Origin: Batkoa obscura
Lineage: Eukaryota
NCBI GenBank assembly: GCA_030770535.1
Contig: JASVEC010000029.1
Coordinates: 682,001-712,369, forward strand
DNA length: 30,369 nucleotides
Direction of reading: 5' to 3'
The notes beneath the pieces were generated by a model, which did no database searches, was not told the origin of the DNA, and worked only from the letters and a program-made list of their open reading frames with translations. Both the position numbers and the translations under genes were made by a program. Positions 1-9,822 of this stretch are shown here, piece after piece. Positions within the stretch are counted from its first letter, which is position 1. Every line of letters starts with the position of its first letter.

Positions 1-324
1 ATTTGATTGTTCAAATTCGCTATCTTCTATGAAATACTTTCCTGAATATAATAACTCTTTGCTTTGGTCTGATAAAATAACATCTTCGTAATCACCATCT
101 AATATCAAGTTCGTTGCATGAAGAGCTTTACGTGCTGGATATAAGTTTATATCTACTTCTCCTGATTCAATTCTTTTCAAATGTTCTTTTAAGTCTGACT
201 TAGAGTTAGCACTTCCAGCTAATATTATTAACCACTCAAGATCGTTTATTGATAGCCCATCTTTTATTATCTTTGATCTTTTATTAATTCTTTGATCTTT
301 CTCTGTTGTAGTATTACTTTCCAT
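1..324 (-). CDS. 5' part of a hypothetical protein that runs off the left edge (108 codons visible)
   Basis: ATG at 324 (minus) opens a stop-free frame to position 1: MESNTTTEKDQRINKRSKIIKDGLSINDLEWLIILAGSANSKSDLKEHLKRIESGEVDINLYPARKALHATNLILDGDYEDVILSDQSKELLYSGKYFIEDSEFEQSN. It is not in the ORF track because it has no stop in the window. Family not recognised. Confidence 0.75.
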   Translation of the reverse strand, partial: MESNTTTEKDQRINKRSKIIKDGLSINDLEWLIILAGSANSKSDLKEHLKRIESGEVDINLYPARKALHATNLILDGDYEDVILSDQSKELLYSGKYFIEDSEFEQSN

Positions 325-423
325 ATTTATAAATTCGATATATTATATTCCAATTATACTATGCTAAAGTTTAAAAGTATTATTTCAATCAATTTGGTTT
401 TGTACTTTTTTCAAAGTGGTTCA

Positions 424-640
424 AGCCTCAAGAAGCTTCTGGAATTAAGGGATGCATTTGAATATCAAATTTCATTCCTTCAACCTATCATTTCCTCAGG
501 ATATAGTCTACAATAATGTTTGATAGGAGGCCTAAACTCACCTGTCACCTGATTACTAATACACCCATTTATTTGTTACTTTGGCTATAAATTGGGTTGC
601 AGTAAGGGATTATATTTTGCAAAATTTAAACCAAACCCTT
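424..640 (+). ncRNA. Candidate structured RNA or structured leader of unknown class in the divergent intergenic region
   Basis: Several stems found by eye: AAGGGATG..ATTTGA/TCAAAT..CATTCCTT (447-480), CCTATCA/TGATAGG (484-527), GCCTC/GAGGC (425-531), ACCCATTTAT/ATAAATTGGGT (563-597) and AAGGG/CCCTT (604-640). No family motif recognised. Confidence 0.25.
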
Positions 641-812
641 GACTTGTTTATGAATAACTCAAACTGTTTTTGATAGAAGTTTTATCCTTTTGGGTAAATC
701 TAATTTCTAAACATTGTAAAATTTGATAAAATTGTAAAATTGTCCCATAATTTATACTTTCGAAAACGTGGATTTCCAATACAATTTTGAATAGCATTTT
801 TTAATATTCAAA

Positions 813-1589
813 ATGACATTATTTTCAAGCAGCAGGGGAATGTTAAAATCCCTTGAAAGAAATCTCAACCATGTAATATTCAAAGGAAACAACCAATTTA
901 TAAATTTTAGACGCTTTGTGGCCAGTAAGCACAGTTATTCTTCTGCTATTGAAACTGAAATGCCATCCATTACCTCGTTATCTAAAAAAGGGTTCAATTT
1001 AAAAGATCATAGAAAATACCAAAATATGTTATTAGCAAACACTAAATTTTACTGCTTGGATCAACCACTTTTAGGAATTAAAAAAGATGGCTCGATTACA
1101 GATTGGGCTTTAATGCCATCTTTGACCAAAGAAGAATTTGATGTAAACTTAGCATTTAACGCTAAAGAAACCAACGATGTATTTGATGGTAAATTTTTAT
1201 ATGTAAATAATCTTTTAATTTATTTAAAATTTTAAGAATTGGAGAAGGCTCATAAATATGAAGCAGCCTTTGAGCGTTTTCACGAATCTATCCCAGAAGA
1301 TGGCCCATTAGAAGTTCAATACATAAATGGAAATGAGAATAGTATAGCACTCAGTATTCAAAAAGAGAATAGGGATAATGATGACGAAATGGCATTAAAG
1401 GATACGCAAGTAGATATAATGTTAGATAATATATTAGACTCTATGAATAACCCTATACGCAGTAAAAGAAGGCGTGTTGGTTACTATACTACTAGTGTAT
1501 TGAGAAAACGTCGACTTAAGATGAATAAGCATAAATATAAGAAGCTCCGCAAACGTACCCGTGCCCTTCGTAAACGTCTTAATAAATAA
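813..1589 (+). CDS. COX24: Mitochondrial small-subunit protein mS38 / COX24-like (DUF1713), 2 exons (813-1188, 1237-1589), ~242 aa
   Basis: A 48-nt GT..AG intron (1189-1236) joins the two track ORFs in frame. The C-terminus TSVLRKRRLKMNKHKYKKLRKRTRALR is the DUF1713/mS38 signature. The N-terminus is basic and Ser-rich, like a mitochondrial presequence. Confidence 0.88.
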
Positions 1590-4500
1590 ACTTAGAACTA
1601 CTCTATTTTAAAAAAGGGCCAAGTTCATATTATAGAGTAAGTTTTGTTTTATAGTTGTATTTTCTATATACTTATCGTATTATTAATCTGTTTATTTGAC
1701 AAACATATAGCTATATAAAAGCCTTATTTTTTATTTCATTGATGGAAAAAGTTTTGTCTATAATCAAAAGTATCATTAATTATAGATAACTATTTATTTG
1801 TAAAATGTTTTTTCTTCTCTAATGCATACATATCTTTTAAAAAAACAATCTTGTGTTTTCTTATTTTTGTATATTATTGATTTATTTTAGCAATCTATAT
1901 ATAGAAATTTATAAGCAACTATGACATGAGTAAATTAATTTATACTATTAATTATATCATATATAGTAGATCCGCCTTATATCATCTTGTGAAGCCTATT
2001 ATTTTTATGTAATGTACTTAATAAATCGAGTTTTAAATGTAGGAACCTTACCATGAGCATCTTGGGGAACCTATAGACAGGATAAATTATAAAAAGGTAT
2101 AAATACATAAATTAGATTTTGTATTTATAAAACGTTAAATAGTGAGGTTGTTGTGAAATTATTTTTTAAGTTTGCGCCGATGCAATAATCTAGTTTTCGA
2201 TTTAACCAATATTGTAATTAGATATCTTTAATAAAGTAGTATAATTTTTTCTTTTTTTGACATTAAATCATCATACTATTTTTTTTTAATACTTTGAATT
2301 TGTCATATTGAAAGGTTTGATATTGATGATCGAACTATTATTATCTCATACTTTAATAGTCCACCTTTAAACCAAACTATCTACATTTCTTTTATAAAAG
2401 TTCTTTTATACCTATTTGTTCAAAACACTTAATAGTTTATAGTTATTAATCTCATTAATAGTATGTGCCTTCATTTGGATAACTCAATATTAAATTATAA
2501 TAATACAAGTCTTTCAATTTGTTTAATCATTATTAGAGCGCAATATTATACCAATGCTATGCTACAATGGTCTATTATTTTCTATTAATTGAAATGAAGC
2601 CTCAAGTCACTTTGATTTTTTTTTAAATCTTGAAGTTAGACCCCTAAGTGGTTTACTGTTGGAGGTAAGTAAAAGTATAGAAAACTGAATGATAAGTGAA
2701 ATGGACGTTAGCGGAAGGGAGGAAAGAGTTAAGGAAAAACTGAGAGATTGATCAATTTAATTTTACCTGTTTTGAATTTGAGTAAGTTTAATTTCATAGA
2801 GGCAGATTCTATTGTATATAATGCTACCCAAGAGTGAAAAAGAGCGGAAGCAATAGAACTATCATCAGTCTTTGATATTTTATTACTTCTATTTAGTTTA
2901 TGGTGTGAATTATCTTATTCATGGACTCAATTATAACGCACAAATATAAAGTATTATAATTTACAGTTTATCAAAATGTAGTCAAAAATAAAATTGTAAA
3001 GCACTATTTTATAGTTTATTATACAAATGAACTAAGAATTGATATTTTATTAAAATTAATATGTAATATTATATCACATTTCAAATAACTAACAGAAATT
3101 CATTAAGAGCATTATTTTTAATTTATATACAAATTTTTTAAATTTCAAAAGTCAGTTAAACTATAATTTAAATAAATTACATGTTTTATGTATATAAAAA
3201 TAATGAGAATACATAAAAGTTTATAATAAAACTGTTGGTTCAGGTAGTATTAAATCTAAATAAAAGAGAATTAAAGTACAATTTATTTTTAAGTATAACT
3301 TACTAATTAAACTATCATAACTTTTTATTTGAATAATAATATAAAAATCCAAATACACTTAAAAAAATTAAGTTTGTTTTAAAAAATAGTTTTCACCTTA
3401 TGAACCACATATATATTTAATGATAGAATGTTTTTTATAAATATACCATACTAAAATATTTTAGGTTTATGAAGTTTATAAGCAGTTTTACATAGGTTTT
3501 TAATATATTTAATAGTAAATTAAGGCATCCAAAGGTAGAAATTTTAATTAAACATTTGGAATTTATTGTTTTAAATATTATGAGTACAAATTATAACTAT
3601 TTTTAAAAACTTATTTTTCCACATGCTCTATGTTTAACACTTTAATTAATTATTTTATTATTATTATATAACATTACCTAATTTATATTTTTCTTACGAT
3701 TTATTCACAAATATTATTTTTACATTAGGATTTTTTTTTAAAAGTCGTTTGATTTGGAGTTTGTATTATTTTTTAATATAAAGATATAGATTCAATTTAT
3801 TCAACTTAATGAATAATTATTAATAGTTATAAAGTAACATAGTAATTTTCAAAAATTATGAAGCAATTTAAATGTTCATGATTTGTATTCCTGTTTTTAT
3901 GATAATCTACTAATATATTACTGTTATTTATTGAGTTTGTGAATCTACGATTTATAGTATTATCTATAATTTATAAGGATATAAGAACATTTTTTCTAAA
4001 AAAGTTTCAATAATTCTTAATGGACCTTTAATTTTATTAATAAAGTAAATGAACTATTGTTATATGAAATGTGAAAAGTGATGTTATTTTTATTCATTAA
4101 TTTGGAAAATTACACGCTATTAATATTAATTAATATATTAACAAAATTCAAGATTAACCTGAAAGAACATTTAAAGTGGCTTGAGTTGTTCTAGCATACT
4201 AGCCATTTACTATTTCGCAATACTTTGAATAACTTTTAAAAAGAGGTAGATAATAAAAAATTGATGAATCTTTATAATACAAAAAGAAAACGCTTAATAT
4301 ACCTACGGCTCATTAGTGGTATATAATTCTTGATGTGATTTTGTTAAAGAATAACTTTATGAGTGACACGTTCTGTACCTCACTAAATAGCAGTTTTAGA
4401 TGGTTAAAAGAGGAAAATTCAGATGAATATTAGCTTTTTATAGATTTATAAGGGATATATAATTATATTTCATAAATTAAATATTGTAACTTAATAAATG

Positions 4501-4631
4501 TATAACCATTTTACAATTTCGTCTTGAATAATAGATAATCTTGAGTAGATTCTATCATTAATGTTAAGAAACTTTAAAAAATCCTAAACTATACTAAGTT
4601 ATATTAATATATATTTTTATTTAATAAATAT

Positions 4632-6266
4632 TTAACATTCTGGTACTTCTGCTAAAGAAGGATAAGCTATATAAGCTGGGGAATTTTTGTATGGCCTATT
4701 ACTTTTAGAGAATGTCACGTCATAAGGATCTCTTTTATAATTGTCTTTAGTACTTTGTTCAACAATAGTAAATGATCTATTTTTTAGTTCACTTGAGGTA
4801 CTTGAAACTTCAATATCATCAGAGTTATTAATACTTTTGTCTAGATTGTTTTGGATAAAATCTAATTCAATTTGTGGTGGTGGTAACGGTAATGACCTAT
4901 TAGTAAACTTGGCTAAATTTGATGCCTCTTTGAGCTTTCTGAGCCATCCTAATAATTCCATTTTCCCATTTAATCTAATAAAATTTGTTTGATAAGAATC
5001 TGCAATTTCTAATACCCATTTGTAGTTTGGAATTGAATCAGAAACACATATGATGGTTGCAGGTGTCAACTTTATTTTTTCATTAGTTATTGTGGTAGGA
5101 TGTAAGTCCTCAAATAGATAAAGATATTCTTGATTTAAAACCAAATATTGTTTTTTCCATTTTGGTTTTGATTTAAATCCCGAGCTTTGACCTTTATATA
5201 CCTCTGCCCATCCTTCTATTAGTGCAGACTGTCCTTTTGTAACTGATTTTATTGAGACATCGTCAATTGAAGGCATAGATGGCCTATGAGTACGCTTAAA
5301 TGATCCTATTTTGCTATTCATCATATCTTTGAGGCTTTTGGCTGCAAGAGATGCTCTATTAGTTTTACTAGTTTTTGGAGGCGATAATGGATTACTATTA
5401 GTCATAGATATAGAGCGTGCTGTTGGGAGGGATTCTACCCTTGGCTTAAGTTCACATGCACTTCTTTGTCTAGCCATAGACTCAATACCCAAAAGTTTAG
5501 AAGCTTTTACACTAGAACGAACTGCAGTTTTACTATTATATCGTGAGGACAAATCTTGATCATTTACTATACCAGTATTCATTGTTGCTATTGAAGCAGA
5601 TCTTTGTCTTTGGGAAAGTTCACTATTCACATGGCCTGTATACATAGAAGAACGAATAAATGACGATGTGATAGGCTCATCGCTTTTGCTTATTTCTGAA
5701 TAATCACCAGAATGAGATAAAGAACGCTCTCTAAGTGAAATGGGAATAAAATCACTTTCTTTGCAAATAGAAGGTGGTGGCTGTATTGATTCATAAATAT
5801 CGAAAAAGAACTCTGAAGCAGTAGGACTTATAGGTTGATTACTGACCATGGATTCATTTGAAGATAAAGAGAAATCAGACGATGTTATTGAGAATGAGCT
5901 AGTTAAAGAAGTTCTATGCTCTGAAGTGGATGAAGATAAAGTAATTTTAGAACTAAGGGTAGGGCGATGACCAAAATCCCTTATTAGATTTCTAATCATG
6001 ATTTGTTGAGCAGTATGCCTTAATGCCACTAAAGGCTCCCAACCATCATAACTTTGATCTGAGTTTACTATAGTATTGCAGGGTGCTATGAAATTTAAAA
6101 CTGAGTCGGTTTGACTTGTATATGTACTATAGTTGGATAAATTACAGTCGTCCCTCGTTTTGTGAGGTTGTTGAGCTATGTACAAAGAGTAAACACTTGA
6201 TCCAGGTTCGTTAGCTTGTAAGCTATCTAGTCCAAATGAATCAACTGAATAAATTGATTTTGACAT
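4632..6266 (-). CDS. PH-domain protein with a long Ser-rich disordered N-terminus, 544 aa, single exon
   Basis: Long ORF. The segment IEGWAEVYK...KWKKQYLVLNQEYLYLFED...FIRLNGKMELLGWLRKLKEA has the PH-domain pattern and is followed by a PLPPP motif. Confidence 0.85.
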   Translation of the reverse strand: MSKSIYSVDSFGLDSLQANEPGSSVYSLYIAQQPHKTRDDCNLSNYSTYTSQTDSVLNFIAPCNTIVNSDQSYDGWEPLVALRHTAQQIMIRNLIRDFGHRPTLSSKITLSSSTSEHRTSLTSSFSITSSDFSLSSNESMVSNQPISPTASEFFFDIYESIQPPPSICKESDFIPISLRERSLSHSGDYSEISKSDEPITSSFIRSSMYTGHVNSELSQRQRSASIATMNTGIVNDQDLSSRYNSKTAVRSSVKASKLLGIESMARQRSACELKPRVESLPTARSISMTNSNPLSPPKTSKTNRASLAAKSLKDMMNSKIGSFKRTHRPSMPSIDDVSIKSVTKGQSALIEGWAEVYKGQSSGFKSKPKWKKQYLVLNQEYLYLFEDLHPTTITNEKIKLTPATIICVSDSIPNYKWVLEIADSYQTNFIRLNGKMELLGWLRKLKEASNLAKFTNRSLPLPPPQIELDFIQNNLDKSINNSDDIEVSSTSSELKNRSFTIVEQSTKDNYKRDPYDVTFSKSNRPYKNSPAYIAYPSLAEVPEC

Positions 6267-7220
6267 TAATTAAAAGTATGTGTTATATTGTGTATAATAT
6301 CGTTTAATTTAAAAGAGATGAAATATCGAATAAATTAATCGTGTTGTTAGAGAATTGAGGTTGATAGGGATTTGGAAAATATGCCTAATAAATTTTGAAA
6401 AAAGATTCAATTAAATAAAAGAAGAGTAAATTCTTAAAGTATTATATTTATATGCAGTTCCAAATATTTACTTAGGTTTTTAACCCATTGTTTTTATTTA
6501 GTATTATTTTTTCCTATAAATCTTAAAACGAGAATTAACCATTTTAGGGAATTGTAATGCTCCTTTTCTCTGTTTAGAAAGAACTAATTCCTTAGACTAC
6601 ATAGGGTAATTAATCAACAATTAATTAACCAATCAATTATTTATTTTGGCTTCATTTTGCACTTATTTCAGTCCAAAACTTTTGTGTAGCTATACCGCCC
6701 CACTTAAATAACTTTAAAAAAAGCAGGCTGAATGTTAAATTTAGAGTTTTTAACTTCTAACTACAGTTAAATAGTATTAATCGTATGTGTAAATACATTA
6801 CAATTACTACATGTATTTTACTATTTTGTAATATTAATCCAGGTTGTCTTTATCTTAAAGAGTATATACTATGGAATAACGATTATCATTTAACTAAAAA
6901 CGGATCAATTAATAGCTCAAAACTAGTAAAGCAACTAAATATATTGAATTGAGTTTAGTATAAATTTTAAGTAACTATATTTTTATATAACTTATTATAT
7001 AATGTAGCTTTGATGTTTTTTAATGTAATAAATTAAAATTCATAATTTGTTTAGGCAAAAAGGCACTCTCGTTCCATTCTCAGTTGAAATTGAAATAAAT
7101 AAAGTAAAAATGCTTTAAATATAACTTAGAAATAAACGACTATTTCATTTAATAAATTATAACATCAAAAGAGGAATATGTTATATAACTTCTAGATTAT
7201 TATATATCAATAATACCAAG

Positions 7221-7359
7221 AAAAAATAAAAATAAAAGTAAAAATAAAAAAAATAAAAATAAAAATAAAAATAAAAATAAAAGTAAAAATAAAAAAAATA
7301 AAAATAAAAATAAAAATAAAAATAAAAATAAAAATAAAAATAAAAATAAAAATAAAAAT
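7221..7359. repeat. (TAAAAA)n hexamer microsatellite, ~23 units with a few variants
   Basis: Directly visible. It explains the spurious FYFYFY ORF at 7181-7363. Confidence 0.95.
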
Positions 7360-8870
7360 CCATACAATTGGAGATAGTTATTTATTTATATGTAAATATA
7401 CGACTATATAGCTTTATTATGCCTAAATTTTGAGCTTATATAGTTTATTAATATAAATATATAACAAGGCTTACAAATGTTATAGTGTGCATAATTACGC
7501 CTCAATTTTCACAGTTCAGCATTTTTATCAAACTTAATATTAAAAAAGTCAGTTTGCATATAAGAATCCAGGTTGAGCATTTAATTAAGTAGAAATAATA
7601 CATTAAAATACTATTTTATAAATAAAATTAATATAATATATTTTTAAAATTAAACATTTAATTTCATATATACATAGAATAACCTAAATAGTATTTTTAA
7701 TGAAATTATGAAATCATAGCTAGGTAGGCAGTTTAAAAGTAGGGATAAGGTTATTTAGGAGACTTTATTTTCGCTGAAACTAGAAATAATATTACCCCAG
7801 TAAAGTTTAAGTTTTAAATATTCAATAAAAGGTACATACCTATACTATATCCCTTAAACTATTTCTTATTTTTTAAAATGAAAATATTTATTAAAAAATT
7901 CAAGAATATGGTTAAATGTGATTTGTCTTACGTCATTGAAGGTATCATATCATAAGCTAAATAGAGCTTTGTGGTTACGATTTTATTAACCATATTTCTA
8001 CGCTTATTTTACAGCACTTTCAAACTATATAGTACAAATCACATTTAGACTATTTTAATAATATATTCTAAATAATACTATACTTATCTTGTGTATTTAG
8101 AGATAATTTTAGCTTATAGCTAATAAGTTTTAGAAAAAATACTTGATTCATACAAGTGTTATATTAGAAAATAGCTCATTTTTCTCAAATACAGTAACTT
8201 AATCAAAAATAGTTTATTTTGTTAATTTAATAACTATCATGAATTATTTTTGCAATAATAAGAAAATTAGCCTATAATCCTTAAACTAAAGCTATATCTA
8301 TATAGTTAGTAAAGATAATTAACAGATATTAATATATATGAACTTTAAACCATATTCGTTATTTTAATGATTGCGAATATTTATAAATCACAATTAGCCT
8401 CATTAACTATATATACTATTACTTGTATATTTTTATATCATTTTTATATCGTTTTTATTAATTAAAAGTTAAGGCTTCATGTAAAATATGATATGGCTAC
8501 CAAATATGCTAATAATAAACAAATGGATTGTTTTATTTTTCTAGCAAAATAGCCTAATTTATTTCTGCCATTACAATAAGCTTTCGTCTTGACCACAAAT
8601 CTTTAGATCAGTCACTTTATGTATACAAAATCATCCTCAGACTATCAAATCGCTTATTGTAACGCTTCCGTCACCCTTACATATAAATGAGACTGCTTTG
8701 TATAAGGTTGGATTTCAAGCAATGAAGTATAATCTTCTCAAACCCAAAAGCAATAGCATCGAATTAGAATTTCTTCATTTACATGATACCTCATTCTCCC
8801 TATCCTCTTCACCTTTAACCACTTAGCCCCTAAATCAGTTTAGTTTGCTTTATAAATTTAAATTAATATC

Positions 8871-9075
8871 TGGAGATGTATTTTTTGTTTAAGAATTTTA
8901 GTAATGGCTTTTCCATTTTTTAAGCGCTATTTGAACGGAAAGATTCTAAGTAAAATTCACTAGATCTTAAGATATGAGAATGTTTTTTTTGGTTTCATTA
9001 TTTTTTCTATCTTTTAAGCACTATTTAAGTGGAAAAATTGTTAGTAAAATTCTTAAACATAAAAATACATCCCCA
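8871..9075. mobile_element. Compound MITE: rearranged copy (8871-~8958) plus a full reverse-oriented copy (8975-9075)
   Basis: 8871-8904 TGGAGATGTATTTTTTGTTTAAGAATTTTAGTAA matches the left end of the copy at 20537. 8911-8958 and 8975-9075 match the reverse complement (TTCCATTTTTTAAGCGCTATTTG; TTAGTAAAATTCTTAAACATAAAAATACATCCCCA). Confidence 0.75.
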
Positions 9076-9387
9076 TATGTTAGAAGCCTTATATTTTTGA
9101 AAGATAAAAAAAAATTAAAAAATAAAACTTTACATGTTAATGGTAGACATTATATATTTAATAAATTAATAAGTTACTACTTATTATCAAAATATAAAAA
9201 GTATAACTATTAACAAATACAACAATATATAATTAATAAACCATACTATTAAACTTAAAAGTCTCTTGCTAAGAAAAGTTTAGTTAATAATTTTTGATCA
9301 AATTGCAAACAGTTTAAAATGTGCAATTATATAATTTAGTTAATAATCGTATTAAAAGTTCAGATTAAAGTTATTTTTTAAATTTAA

Positions 9388-9732
9388 ATGGATCAAGAAT
9401 TTTTATCACAAGAAATTGAAGACATTAAAAAAATAGGCAAATATGGGTATAAAGTGGATAGTTTTAAGCAAATAAGTGAAAATAAAGTAGAAATAGAAAT
9501 ATTAGAGAATATTAAATTAACTATCATATTATCTGATAGAGGCTTTTTAGTAAATATTTTGTTTATAGATTTAATTTATTTATAACTAATTTAGATTCAA
9601 AATTCTCAACCTATGCAAAATTATATTGTAAATATATATGAATCCATGGACTCTTTATTAAGTGAAGTGTCGTCTCTATATAGGAAAAAGTTTACTGAAT
9701 TATTATTCGATCAATTAACATTTAAAAGATAG
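9388..9732 (+). CDS. GSKIP / DUF727 domain protein, 2 exons (9388-9549, 9595-9732), 99 aa
   Basis: A 45-nt intron (9550-9594) leads to exon 2, IQNSQPMQNYIVNIYESMDSLLSEVSSLYRKKFTELLFDQLTFKR*. The motifs 'IEILEN..LTIILSDRGF' and 'YESMDSLL..VS..YR..F' fit the GSKIP domain. Confidence 0.8.
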
Positions 9733-9822
9733 TATATTATAATTTTTTAAAAAATTAAATAAAAGTATAAAATTATATAAATATACGTTGGATTTAATCA
9801 TTAATTTAAATCGTTTATTTTA

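Noticed and set aside
292..516. 74-aa + strand ORF (TTG start), and the 19841-20044 ORF
   Set aside because: Non-ATG starts and low-complexity composition. The first overlaps the minus-strand gene start.
538..566. ACCTGAT..TAATAC resembling the 3' half of a TPP riboswitch
   Set aside because: The spacing is too short for P5, there is no upstream CTGAGA, and the neighbours are not thiamine genes.
2661..2672. Minus-strand TACTTACCT resembling the U1 snRNA 5' end
   Set aside because: No U1 stem-loop I/II motifs or Sm site follow.
4741..5559. Antisense or alternate-frame ORFs (4741, 5311, and likewise 10478, 11507, 13124, 13591, 14814, 16394, 16886, 23557)
   Set aside because: Shadow frames of well-supported genes.
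7181..7363. 60-aa FYFYFY ORF
   Set aside because: Translation of the (TAAAAA)n microsatellite.
8974..9213. 79-aa ORF, and the similar ORF at 17835-18044
   Set aside because: Both start inside reverse MITE copies and continue into AT-rich intergenic DNA, with no protein-like features.
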